A stretch of DNA of 41,352 nucleotides from Nitrospinota bacterium (lineage in GTDB: Bacteria; Nitrospinota; Nitrospinia; Nitrospinales; VA-1), in the NCBI GenBank assembly GCA_038108555.1, contig JAYNIA010000017.1, forward strand, positions 1-41,352, given 5' to 3'. Positions 18,540 to 27,853 of the stretch are shown here, one piece after another. Position 1 is the stretch's first letter; each line of letters opens with the position of its first letter. Both the position numbers and the translations under genes were made by a program. Under the pieces are notes generated by a model that saw nothing but the letters and a program-made list of their open reading frames with translations, was not told where the DNA came from and searched no databases.

Positions 18540-19022
18540 ATGGAAATAAATTTTTTTACCATGGAAGAAAAAGAATTATTGCAAAATTTATGGAGTGATG
18601 ACTCGGAGTTGCGCCAATCAGCCACCCACGAATTATGGAACCTTTGGCTAAGCGAAGCTGGAGCGGAAGCAGAATCTCGAATTCGAAAAGGAACACTGCA
18701 AATGGACCGAAACCATTATGAGCAAGCCCAACAGGAATTTGAAAACCTTGTGGCCGATTATCCTGATTTTGCCGAAGCCCATAATAAACTTGCAACCGTT
18801 CTTTATCTGCAAAGAAATTACAAACAGTCTATTAAAGAATGCGAAATCACTTTAAAAATGAATCCCAATCATTTTGGAGCCTGGAATGGGTTGGGTCTTT
18901 GCCATTATCAACTCACAAATTATCAAAAGGCGATTGAAAGCTTCCAAACCGCCTTAACCATTCAACCTTTTGCAGATTTCAACAAGGTTTACATCGCAAA
19001 ATGCCGGGGCCAGTTGAATTGA
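18540..19022 (+). CDS. Tetratricopeptide repeat protein
   Basis: TPR units (PDFAEAHNKLATVLY, PNHFGAWNGLGLCHY, A..IQP) after an A..ELWNLW N-terminal helix. Start is ATG 18540 or 18561. Confidence 0.85.
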   Translation: MEINFFTMEEKELLQNLWSDDSELRQSATHELWNLWLSEAGAEAESRIRKGTLQMDRNHYEQAQQEFENLVADYPDFAEAHNKLATVLYLQRNYKQSIKECEITLKMNPNHFGAWNGLGLCHYQLTNYQKAIESFQTALTIQPFADFNKVYIAKCRGQLN

Positions 19023-20239
19023 ACGAACCGGTCCAAACTCCTGAGGAGAAAACCCAAAAAACTTACCGATGCGACTTATGGCGAGGTGGATTCGAAGGGG
19101 TTCTTGCATCAGGCTCCCAGACATTTTGCCTGTTCATTGCCATTCGTTATTTCAATGCTGGGGAAAACACAAAAGCACTTATTGCTGCCGCACCTTTTAT
19201 GGGCATGTTCCTTTCCATGGCGCTACTGCATTATGCATCCCTCACTTCCTGGAAGAAATCAACCTGGGGCGCTCTGCCTTCTCTTATAACAGGAGGCTGC
19301 CTTCTTCTCGCGGCTTGGGTAGAATCCCTAACACTTTTTGCCTGCCTGGTGATTGCGGGATATATTTGTAGAAGCGCGCTTCTCCCATTCGTGACCGAAA
19401 TCTATAGCGACAATTACCCTTCAGATAAAAGGGGAGCCTATTTCTCCAAACCTCTTTTACTTTCTGTAGGCATCGCTGCCTTATCCGGTTTTATCGGGTC
19501 CTGGTTTCTTGAGTTGGACCTAAAAAATTATCATTGGATATTCACATTTTTCGGGTTTTGCGCCATTGCAAAAGCGGCGGCCATTTATTCCATGCCCTCC
19601 GAAACAATTTTGAATACTCCTCACACCAATCCCTTTGGAAATATGAAATACATTTTCCAGGACAAATCGTTTGGTTACGTTTTATTGACCTGGTTCATTA
19701 TGGGTTTTGCCAATCTCTGGACGGTGCCGCTTCGGGTGGACTACATTACCGCCCCCGAATGGGGAATAGAAGGATCTGCAATATTTGTCGCAATGATTAT
19801 TACCATCATCCCTGAAACGATGCGGATGGTCCTTATTCCTTATTGGGCCTCTCTCTTCGATAAAATGAACTTTGTAATTTTAAGGATGATTCTGAATCTT
19901 TTTTTTGGTCTTGGAATTTTACTGTTTTTCATAACATCCAATCCCTGGATCATTGGATTGGGCTCCGCCATGATCGGTGCCGCCTTTGCAGGAGGAAGCA
20001 TTGCCTGGAACCTTTGGGTGACAAAATATGCCCCGCCTGGAAAAGCAGGGGCTTATATGTCCGTCCATGTCAGTCTCACCGGAATTCGGGGTACTATCGG
20101 CCCCCTTCTGGGTTACTGGACCGCCAACGCGATTGGCGCACAAAAGATAGGTATTTTGTCGTTCGGGATGATGATTTTTGCCACCCTCATGCTGATTCGC
20201 GAAATCAAACACGGTGACAAATCGGCTACTTCAGGGTAA
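19019..20239 (+). CDS. MFS-type transporter
   Basis: About 11-12 hydrophobic segments in two halves, with YP..KRG.YF in the first half and G.RG..GP.LG near the end. TTG 19019 gives a TTGA overlap with the TPR stop; ATG 19001 is the alternative start. Confidence 0.82.
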   Translation: MNEPVQTPEEKTQKTYRCDLWRGGFEGVLASGSQTFCLFIAIRYFNAGENTKALIAAAPFMGMFLSMALLHYASLTSWKKSTWGALPSLITGGCLLLAAWVESLTLFACLVIAGYICRSALLPFVTEIYSDNYPSDKRGAYFSKPLLLSVGIAALSGFIGSWFLELDLKNYHWIFTFFGFCAIAKAAAIYSMPSETILNTPHTNPFGNMKYIFQDKSFGYVLLTWFIMGFANLWTVPLRVDYITAPEWGIEGSAIFVAMIITIIPETMRMVLIPYWASLFDKMNFVILRMILNLFFGLGILLFFITSNPWIIGLGSAMIGAAFAGGSIAWNLWVTKYAPPGKAGAYMSVHVSLTGIRGTIGPLLGYWTANAIGAQKIGILSFGMMIFATLMLIREIKHGDKSATSG

Positions 20240-20242
20240 CTC

Positions 20243-20271
20243 TTTATAAATAAAGGTCTGTTTGATATAAT
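20243..20271 (+). promoter_or_regulatory. Sigma70-type promoter for the coiled-coil/FGE gene
   Basis: TTTATA (20243-20248), 17-nt spacer, perfect TATAAT (20266-20271) with extended TG. Confidence 0.55.
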
Positions 20272-20330
20272 AGTAGTAAGGTTTTAACCCGTTTTTTCCG
20301 TTGAAATATAAACAAACTTTATATTCCCCC

Positions 20331-23300
20331 ATGACCCGGAAAAATTTCACTCTAAAAGACATTCAACATCTCAGCGACCACTATTCCCAATCCGGAAGCA
20401 GGGAACCTGTTTTGTTGTTTCAAATGGTTCAGGAGTTTTATCCTTCCGGCCAGGCTCCCGATACGGTTCCACCCATTCCTTTTGAGACCCTGATTAAAAA
20501 AATCCAGGATTCGGGTAAATTTCCTTCACTACCTGTGAAAAAAGAAGAACAAGAACCCTGGTTGAATTCCCTAAGAGAAAAGTTAAATGGCGAATTACTG
20601 GCTTTAATGTCTGACCGGGGAAACCCGGCTTCCCTTTCTCTCGATAGTAATTTCAATTTCATTCAATTTGAGGGAACTGACGCTCCTCCTCCCCAAATTG
20701 AAGCCACGGCTCAAAATCGAAAATTTAAGGAATCAGAAATAACTTTCAACCTTCCCGACGAACTCAGAGAGGAATTTGAAAACCAACTGCAAAGACTTAA
20801 GGAAAAAGAAGAGCTTGCCAACAGGCAAATGAGGGAAATTCTGGAAAAGGAAAAGCACCTGGAAGAAGCCAAGGTAAATATGGAGAAAGAAACCTCAGAA
20901 TTCCGATTGCAAATTCAAAAACTAAGGGATGAAGAACAAAAACATATTGAACAGGCAAAGAGTCAATCTGAAAAAGAAGTTTCCAGAATGCGTCAGGAAT
21001 TGGAGGAGGCTCAAAACGAATTGAACAAACTCCGAGGCGAAAAAAACCGGAGTTTAACTGACTATGAAGCGAACCGCTCCCGCCTGGATACGGATTTTAC
21101 ACGAAGGGACCAGATTTTCAGGGCCAAGTTTGATGAAATGATGGAACTCATGGAAAAACTGGCCAAGGAAGAAAAGGAAATACACAACTACAAGGAAAAA
21201 GTTTATAAGTCCGCCAAAGAAAAGCAGGTTCAACTAAAAAGGACCTCTAACCAACAGGCAAAGAAAAATCAGCAGCTGCTAAAACTTTCCAAATCTCTTG
21301 AAAAAGAAAAAAAACTTTTCAAATCAAGGCTCAAGGAAGAATTCGACACTAAAAAGGAAGAGTTGGAAACCGAATACCAGCGTCGGTCGGAATATCACAT
21401 CCGCAGACTTGAGGAGTTTGAAGCGGACGAGGAACGCCTGGGCCGGGAAAATGAAAAGTTGAGAATTAGGGAACAGGGTCTTGCGTTGGAAGCTCAACAA
21501 AAAGCCGATGAACAAACTAAAAAAAGGCTGGCTGAATTAGAAAAATGGGAAAAAGAAATTTCCAGAAAACAAAAAATTCTTAACAAAGAGGAAAAGGAAA
21601 ATAATCTGGAAAAAGCCGCCCTTCTTAAAGAAATGAGTGGAATTGAAGGAGGCAAGTTTGCCGTCGATCAAATTAAAACTGCCGCGAAAACCCAGGAAGA
21701 CCTGCTAAAAAGAAAACGCAAGCTTTACAAGGCAATGGAACAAGACCGACCTAAAGTCGAAGAAGAGATAAAAGAAAAGCTCCAGGAACTCGAAGACGAG
21801 TATGAAAAGGAACAAGCAAAGTTGGCCGAAAAAACCGAGACCCTTCTTGAAGAACAAAAACGCCTGCGCGAAAAAGAAAAAATTCTTTTAGAAAGGGAAA
21901 CCCATGAGCTTAAAACCATGAACCAGGAGTTTGAAGAGTTTAAAAACTCCCTGGAGGTGGGACAAATTGAGAAAGAAATGGCCCTTGATCGGAAGGAAGA
22001 AGAACTGGAAGCGGAAGAACAAAAAATCCTAGAGTTTCAAAAGCAGCAAATGGAAGAAGAAAAGGCCAGTCGCGAAAAAAATGAGGAAATAGAAGCGGAA
22101 ATTATGGCTGAGCTACAGGAAATTCAACTGGTCAAATCAGATGTCTTGCAGCACCAGGTAGAAGTTAAAAACTTTCTTGAAGACTTTAAAACTACCTACA
22201 ACCAAATTCTTCAATCTCAAGGATCTGAATACGAAGAATTTAAAAAACGTATTGCCAATATGGAAGAAGAAGCGGTACGACTCACCTCCAGCCTGAAGGA
22301 CAAAGAGAAATTAATTACGGAAGAAACAATAGAAGCTGAGAAAGTTCTGCAGGAAAGATTAAAACACCGCGAATCTATGGTGGATGTTATGGAAAAAGAT
22401 TTGCGCGGCCGAGTAGAAGAGTACCAAAAATTCGTCCAGGAATTGGCTGATGTAAAAAAATCCATGAATGAAGAAGATGAATCCCGCAAAGCGGAACTTT
22501 TAGAAAGCCTTTCTCATTACGAAGACAAATTGACCCATCTGGGAAAAGCCTTTGAAGAACTCTCAGAAGCGTTTCAGGTAGAGAAAGAAAAAGGACAGAT
22601 CGAAATCGTTCCGGAAGAAGACGAGAAAAAACCTCTTGAATATGATGATGCTCTGGCAAAAGCCGAGTGGCCCCTGGCTATTAGACAACGGCTGGGGACC
22701 GCTACCTCCAGTGAGCAAAACGCTCATATCACCGAATACCTGTACAAGTTCAGTGATAAATGGGATGAATGGATAAAGATCCCCTCCGGGAAGTTTGTTA
22801 TGGGGCATCCGCGGCAAAAAGATTCCGCTCCGCATAATGAAGTCGAAATTGAAAAATCGTTTTTGATGAAAAAGTTTCCCGTCACCAATGTCGAGTTTTT
22901 CAAATTCGTAAACGAGACCCATTACAAAACAGAAGCAGAATCACTTATTGACGCCATTGTATTTCATCATGGCGATTTGGCATTGCATGGGAGTCATGAA
23001 CCCAGAACTTCCTATTCGAATCCCAGTCTAACTCCGGAAAAAAACGCATTTTGGCTTTGCCCCAACGGTCAACCTGACTCCCTGTATGGAAAACACAACC
23101 ACCCGGTAACTCAGGTCACATGGAATGATGCTAAAGCTTATTGCAAATGGAAAAGTGAAACTACAGGTCAGACCATACGCCTGCCCTTCGAAAAAGAATG
23201 GGAGTTCGTAGCCAGCAATTTTGGCAAAACTTCGCCTGACCAGTTTTTCTCGGATGAAGATAGAGTCGTGGAGTTCTGCAATATAGAAGAAACCGGTTTT

Positions 23301-23576
23301 TTGGGAACCTTACCTGTGGACCATTTCCCCGAAAACGAATACTTTGGTGGCATCGCGGATCTTTTTGGAAATGTATTTGAATGGGTTGAAGATGACCATC
23401 CCAAAAGCCACCGCTCAAATGGCCGGAATGGCTCTTCCAATGGATTGACTTATAAAATTGCAAGAGGCGGAAGCTTCATCACCCATTTCAAACATATTGC
23501 ACCCTGGCGTCGCATCTCTTTTATAAAAAGCTATTGCACTTCCTTCCTCGGTTTCCGTACGGTTTGCGAAACCTAG
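20331..23576 (+). CDS. Large coiled-coil protein with C-terminal FGE-sulfatase (SUMF1) domain
   Basis: About 600 aa of E/K/Q/L-rich helical sequence, followed by IPSGKFVMG, FPVTN.EF.KFV.ET.Y.TEAE, HPVTQVTWNDA.AYC.W, RLP.E.EWE, GNVFEWV, RGGSF and GFR. Start is ATG 20331 or TTG 20301. Confidence 0.87.
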   Translation: MTRKNFTLKDIQHLSDHYSQSGSREPVLLFQMVQEFYPSGQAPDTVPPIPFETLIKKIQDSGKFPSLPVKKEEQEPWLNSLREKLNGELLALMSDRGNPASLSLDSNFNFIQFEGTDAPPPQIEATAQNRKFKESEITFNLPDELREEFENQLQRLKEKEELANRQMREILEKEKHLEEAKVNMEKETSEFRLQIQKLRDEEQKHIEQAKSQSEKEVSRMRQELEEAQNELNKLRGEKNRSLTDYEANRSRLDTDFTRRDQIFRAKFDEMMELMEKLAKEEKEIHNYKEKVYKSAKEKQVQLKRTSNQQAKKNQQLLKLSKSLEKEKKLFKSRLKEEFDTKKEELETEYQRRSEYHIRRLEEFEADEERLGRENEKLRIREQGLALEAQQKADEQTKKRLAELEKWEKEISRKQKILNKEEKENNLEKAALLKEMSGIEGGKFAVDQIKTAAKTQEDLLKRKRKLYKAMEQDRPKVEEEIKEKLQELEDEYEKEQAKLAEKTETLLEEQKRLREKEKILLERETHELKTMNQEFEEFKNSLEVGQIEKEMALDRKEEELEAEEQKILEFQKQQMEEEKASREKNEEIEAEIMAELQEIQLVKSDVLQHQVEVKNFLEDFKTTYNQILQSQGSEYEEFKKRIANMEEEAVRLTSSLKDKEKLITEETIEAEKVLQERLKHRESMVDVMEKDLRGRVEEYQKFVQELADVKKSMNEEDESRKAELLESLSHYEDKLTHLGKAFEELSEAFQVEKEKGQIEIVPEEDEKKPLEYDDALAKAEWPLAIRQRLGTATSSEQNAHITEYLYKFSDKWDEWIKIPSGKFVMGHPRQKDSAPHNEVEIEKSFLMKKFPVTNVEFFKFVNETHYKTEAESLIDAIVFHHGDLALHGSHEPRTSYSNPSLTPEKNAFWLCPNGQPDSLYGKHNHPVTQVTWNDAKAYCKWKSETTGQTIRLPFEKEWEFVASNFGKTSPDQFFSDEDRVVEFCNIEETGFLGTLPVDHFPENEYFGGIADLFGNVFEWVEDDHPKSHRSNGRNGSSNGLTYKIARGGSFITHFKHIAPWRRISFIKSYCTSFLGFRTVCET

Positions 23577-23701
23577 CTTCCTCCTGCACCTTGATCCCAC
23601 AGGAAAAATTGTTATAAAATGATTCCTGTTTTTCTATCATTAAAACAGCGAGCAATGTTTTGACCGCAACAGGCCGTTGGGCAAAATATTGAAAACACCT
23701 C

Positions 23702-24361
23702 ATGTCACAAATTTTAAAAACTGACTCTTCTAATCCCAATTCATGGGAAAATACTATTGCAAAAACCCAAAAGGTTTTAAAGGATGGAGGAGTCATCGCA
23801 TTTCCTACGGATACCTTCTATGGTTTGGGGGTTGACCCATTCAACAAAGCCGCCGTTGAAAAAATCTACCAAATAAAAGGACGCGACTCGAAAAAACCCC
23901 TGCTATTACTCATTGACCCACTGGAAAAATTATACGATCTTGTGGAAGGAATTTCAGAAGCCGGCACCAAGCTCATAGAAACTTTTTGGCCGGGTCCATT
24001 GACCCTGCTATTCAAACCAAAACCCTGCATTCCGGTAAACATAACCAAAGGCTTGATTGGAATAAGGCAACCGGGAAATTCGTTGACTAGAAAATTGTTG
24101 TCCGAATTAACTCATCCCTTAACTGCGCCCAGTGCCAACTTCAGCGGAGAAGACCCTGCAACCACCGCCGCACAAGTGGAAAATTCTCTCGGGAATAAGA
24201 TTGATATTATCCTCGATGGGGGAATTTGCAAGGGGGGTGAACCTTCCACTCTGGTGGATACCACGCAAACTCCTGTTCAGCTCATTAGAGAAGGTGCAAT
24301 CAATTTCAACAAGATTCAGGAATCATTAGCAGACACTCTACAAACTCAGGAGTCCTTATGA
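23702..24361 (+). CDS. tsaC: L-threonylcarbamoyladenylate synthase (TsaC/YrdC, no SUA5 C-terminal domain)
   Basis: AFPTDT.YGLG, IKGR...KPL, FWPGPLT, PSAN.SG and PST motifs. Confidence 0.95.
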   Translation: MSQILKTDSSNPNSWENTIAKTQKVLKDGGVIAFPTDTFYGLGVDPFNKAAVEKIYQIKGRDSKKPLLLLIDPLEKLYDLVEGISEAGTKLIETFWPGPLTLLFKPKPCIPVNITKGLIGIRQPGNSLTRKLLSELTHPLTAPSANFSGEDPATTAAQVENSLGNKIDIILDGGICKGGEPSTLVDTTQTPVQLIREGAINFNKIQESLADTLQTQESL

Positions 24362-24735
24362 TTATTGGAACAGGACTGGACATTATTGAGGTAGAAAGAA
24401 TTAAGAATTCCCTGGAAAAATATTCTCCCCGCTTTGAACAAAAAGTCTTCACTTCGGGCGAAATAAGCTATTGCCAATCACAGGGAGATCCTGCCAAACA
24501 TTTTGCAGCCCGGTTTGCCGTAAAAGAAGCCGTTTCAAAATGCCTGGGAACAGGAATCACCGGGAGTTTGGGTTTCAAAGATATGGAGGTCATTAATGAA
24601 GATACGGGCAAACCCGTGCTGAAAATGATAGGAAAAGGAAAAGAACTGTTTCAAAAACTCAACCTTAAAACCATCCACATCTCAATCTCCCACGATCGCA
24701 CCCATGCAATCGCACATGCCATTGCCGAACAATAA
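24358..24735 (+). CDS. acpS: Holo-[acyl-carrier-protein] synthase
   Basis: G.DI.E..RI, AARFA.KEA.SK.LGTG, GKP and SISH; ATGA overlap with tsaC. Confidence 0.96.
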   Translation: MIIGTGLDIIEVERIKNSLEKYSPRFEQKVFTSGEISYCQSQGDPAKHFAARFAVKEAVSKCLGTGITGSLGFKDMEVINEDTGKPVLKMIGKGKELFQKLNLKTIHISISHDRTHAIAHAIAEQ

Positions 24736-24749
24736 GTAAACGAGGCCCC

Positions 24750-25670
24750 TTGAAAACAATTCGGCACTATCTAGAATATCTGTTAGTCCGTACACTAATA
24801 CTTTTGGTTAGACCTCTCTCGCATAATTCTGTAGTTTCTCTTGGAAGGAACCTTGGTTCTCTGGCCTATCGTTTATCCAAAAGAAGGAGAGAGTCTGCAC
24901 TAACAAATTTGAACATCATGTTCTCCAACAATAAATCGCTCGAACAGAAATCAAAAATCATAAAAGATTCATTTAAAATCCTTTCTGTTTCAGCCCTGCA
25001 ATCAATTTGGGTCACCAAAAAAACAGAAGAAAGAGTTCAACAGTTGATAGAAGAAGAACCTAGGGGACTGGACACCCTGAAAAAATGTTTGGAAGAAAAA
25101 AAAGGAGTATTTTTTCTAACGGCCCACTATGGCAACTGGGAGATCATGGGGTTACACCACGGTTTACAAGGAATCTGCCCTTTGTCATCCATCGTACGAA
25201 AAATGGACAATCCATACCTGGATACTTTCGTAACGCAAATGAGAACATCAACGGGCAACAAGGTTTTTTATAGAGATGATTCCCTATTAAAAATTGTTCG
25301 CGAATTGAAAAACAATAATAGTGTGGCGGTGATGATGGACCAGAACACAGCTCGCGGAGGGATATTCGTCAATTTCTTTGGGATAAAGGCCGCCACCCCA
25401 AGAGCGGTTGCACAACTGAGTTATCGTATGGGAACTCCGGTCATTCCTTTATTTTCCTATCCCACCGAAAAAGGAACCTATCAAATTGAATATGGACCCG
25501 AACTCAAATTTGAAAAGTCCGATACGAAAGAACAAGATATTCTGGATTGGACTCAGGAAATGGAAGCTTTTATTGAAAAAGTCATTCGAGAAAATCCTGT
25601 TCCCTGGATGTGTGGTCATCGAAGATGGAAAACCCGGCCTCCTGAAGAAAAAGACAAGCATATATATTAA
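24750..25670 (+). CDS. Lipid A biosynthesis lauroyl/myristoyl acyltransferase (LpxL/HtrB family)
   Basis: H.GNWE (HX4E), DQN, FFG..A.T and P.PW...HRRWKT motifs; N-terminal membrane anchor. Confidence 0.9.
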   Translation: MKTIRHYLEYLLVRTLILLVRPLSHNSVVSLGRNLGSLAYRLSKRRRESALTNLNIMFSNNKSLEQKSKIIKDSFKILSVSALQSIWVTKKTEERVQQLIEEEPRGLDTLKKCLEEKKGVFFLTAHYGNWEIMGLHHGLQGICPLSSIVRKMDNPYLDTFVTQMRTSTGNKVFYRDDSLLKIVRELKNNNSVAVMMDQNTARGGIFVNFFGIKAATPRAVAQLSYRMGTPVIPLFSYPTEKGTYQIEYGPELKFEKSDTKEQDILDWTQEMEAFIEKVIRENPVPWMCGHRRWKTRPPEEKDKHIY

Positions 25671-25673
25671 GAA

Positions 25674-26165
25674 ATGAAATGCCCAGCCTGTGAAAGCCAA
25701 CTCTCCGAAAAAAAGGTTTCAGGAATTGGAGTCTTTGCTTGTATCGGCTCATGTGGAGGATTTTGGTTCCCTTATAAACAGGCTAAAAAAATTAAACGAG
25801 TCAAACCGGGAGCAGGATGCGAGCTTTTAAATTTAGATAAAGCGTACGGTGTGAAAATTTATCGAGGAGCGGAACATCCCTGCCCCCAATGTAAAACTAC
25901 ATTATTATATAGGCATTTTTACAGCAAGGATTTGGACACCGAGGTCAATCAATGTTCCAAATGCAGCGGATTTTGGATCGATGCAGGTGGCCTCATTGAT
26001 ATTATTAAAACCTCGAAAAACGAAGACCTGATCGCAAAATATTTCACCATATTACAGAACGAAAAAATTTCAGGAATGAACCTGGCGAATCCAGATATAG
26101 CTGAAGCTGCTAGTATGATGATTGCCATTTTTAAATTTATTAATCCAGGCTTGAGGGCAAAATAG
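25674..26165 (+). CDS. Double zinc-ribbon (zf-TFIIB-like) protein
   Basis: Two repeats: CPAC...C..SCGGFWF and CPQC...C.KC.GFW.D.G.L. Confidence 0.8.
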   Translation: MKCPACESQLSEKKVSGIGVFACIGSCGGFWFPYKQAKKIKRVKPGAGCELLNLDKAYGVKIYRGAEHPCPQCKTTLLYRHFYSKDLDTEVNQCSKCSGFWIDAGGLIDIIKTSKNEDLIAKYFTILQNEKISGMNLANPDIAEAASMMIAIFKFINPGLRAK

Positions 26166-26311
26166 TTTTTCCCCTTACTAAAACTATACAATTGAAAGTT
26201 GTTGGCTAACCCTTAAAAAAAATTCCATCTTTTTGCAAAACCATCCCCTCCCCCTATTACCACAAGGAAACCAATTAAATTCCCAAAAAAGCACCCCTCA
26301 AAAGAGTAAAA

Positions 26312-26320
26312 TGGTATAAT
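26312..26320 (+). promoter_or_regulatory. Extended -10 promoter element (TGgTATAAT)
   Basis: Perfect TGnTATAAT about 110 nt upstream of the FAD oxidoreductase start. Confidence 0.5.
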
Positions 26321-26431
26321 CCTTAGCTTGTTTGGTCATTAGCTTTTCCAATCACAAAACATCAAAACAAACACATGACCTACCACTGAGCATTCCAAAA
26401 TAAATGGGAGGCTACTTTAAAAAGGAAACAA

Positions 26432-27841
26432 ATGGTTAAGGAAAAAAAACCGGTTAAGGTAATTATTCTTGGTGCCGGTATTACAGGTTTATCTGCTGGA
26501 ATTCGATTTTTAGAGGCCGGATGCGATGTTTGCCTAATTGAAAAAGCCAAGCAGGTTGGCGGTTTAGCCAAAACAGTTGTTCGCGAGAACTACCGATTGG
26601 ATCTAGGGCCTCATCATCTATACAGCAAAAACGAAGCAATTCTGAACGAAATGCTTAATCTATTTGAAAAGGATGAACTTGTCCCTTTAACTTTGCATGC
26701 CAAAATTCTTTTTTACGACCGTTTTTTGGACTACCCTCTCACTGCCAGAAGCGTGTTGCTCCAAATGGGATTAAAACATGCCTTCTTTGGCGGCTTAAGC
26801 TACATATTAATGGGCTTTAGAAATTTTTTCGGCTTCCATTTTAAACAAGACAATTTTAAAGCGTGGGCCAGAAATCATTTTGGCGATTATATGTTTAAAA
26901 TATTTTTCAAACCCTATACGGAACAGTTTTGGGGCGTTCCCTGTGAAGAATTATCCACAGACTGTGTACCACAGGTCACTAAAACATCTTTCATGAAAAC
27001 TTTGAAAAGAGTTTTTTTTGAAAAATATGCCAACGAAAGCCTTTCAATCGAAGAGGTAGATGTGGGTTATGAAAAATCGGTGAATTATTATCCTGTGAAA
27101 GGGTTTGGGGCGGTTGCTGACAAACTGAAAAACGTATTTATTTCCAAAGGTGGAATCCTTCGACTAAACTGTGACATAACAGAGCTTGCAAAAACGGACG
27201 ATCACACCTACCAAATAAATTATAAGAATGAAGAAGAAGCTTTTAGTGATGAGGCCACATTTGTGATTTCATCTATTCCAATTTCGAGCCTCTTTGGTAT
27301 TTTAAAACCCACCCCCTCAGATTTAGTTAAACAAAGCGCTGAAAGTCTAAAATATTTGTCGACCGTTATATTATATATGGTGATCCCTGATCGAGACATT
27401 TTAAATTGTGGATTCCTATATATGCCCGATCGACCCTACAATCGGATTAGCAACACCAACAGATTCCATCCCAATTTATGCCCCGAGGGAGAGAATATGC
27501 TGGCATGTGAAATTACCTGCTCTTTTAATGATGAAACCTGGAAAAGCACCGATGAGGAATTATTTGAAAAATGCATAACCCATCTAGACTCCGACAATAT
27601 AATTTATAGAAACGAAGTTAAACAGTATTTTTCTGTTCGCGTTAAAAACGCCTACCCCTTTTATCGGGTTGGGTACAAAGAAGATTTAGACGCTATTTTC
27701 AAATATTTTGAAAGTATGCCCAATTTTTACCTTGCCGGGAGGGTAGGAGCCTTTAAATATATGGCTATCGATGAGTGTATGGAAGATGCCGCAAAGCTGG
27801 TCAACCAGATAAAAAGTGAGGGGTCAATAAATAAAGCTTAA
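26432..27841 (+). CDS. FAD-dependent oxidoreductase (protoporphyrinogen-oxidase / UDP-galactopyranose-mutase-like family found in glycan loci)
   Basis: Dinucleotide-binding GAGITG...EK...GG motif, D.GPH, F.PYTE..WG, AYP.Y and GR.G.F.Y..D. Confidence 0.8.
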   Translation: MVKEKKPVKVIILGAGITGLSAGIRFLEAGCDVCLIEKAKQVGGLAKTVVRENYRLDLGPHHLYSKNEAILNEMLNLFEKDELVPLTLHAKILFYDRFLDYPLTARSVLLQMGLKHAFFGGLSYILMGFRNFFGFHFKQDNFKAWARNHFGDYMFKIFFKPYTEQFWGVPCEELSTDCVPQVTKTSFMKTLKRVFFEKYANESLSIEEVDVGYEKSVNYYPVKGFGAVADKLKNVFISKGGILRLNCDITELAKTDDHTYQINYKNEEEAFSDEATFVISSIPISSLFGILKPTPSDLVKQSAESLKYLSTVILYMVIPDRDILNCGFLYMPDRPYNRISNTNRFHPNLCPEGENMLACEITCSFNDETWKSTDEELFEKCITHLDSDNIIYRNEVKQYFSVRVKNAYPFYRVGYKEDLDAIFKYFESMPNFYLAGRVGAFKYMAIDECMEDAAKLVNQIKSEGSINKA

Positions 27842-27853
27842 TCAGATTTTTTC

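Noticed and set aside
13986..23576. Diversity-generating retroelement targeting the FGE domains
   Set aside because: FGE C-termini are known DGR targets, but I see no reverse transcriptase, Avd or template repeat in the window, and the two 3' ends are not near-identical. A remote DGR cannot be excluded without a genome-wide search.
20301..23576. SMC/Rad50 or phage tape-measure identity for the coiled-coil protein
   Set aside because: No Walker A/B or signature motif, no hinge, and no phage genes nearby.
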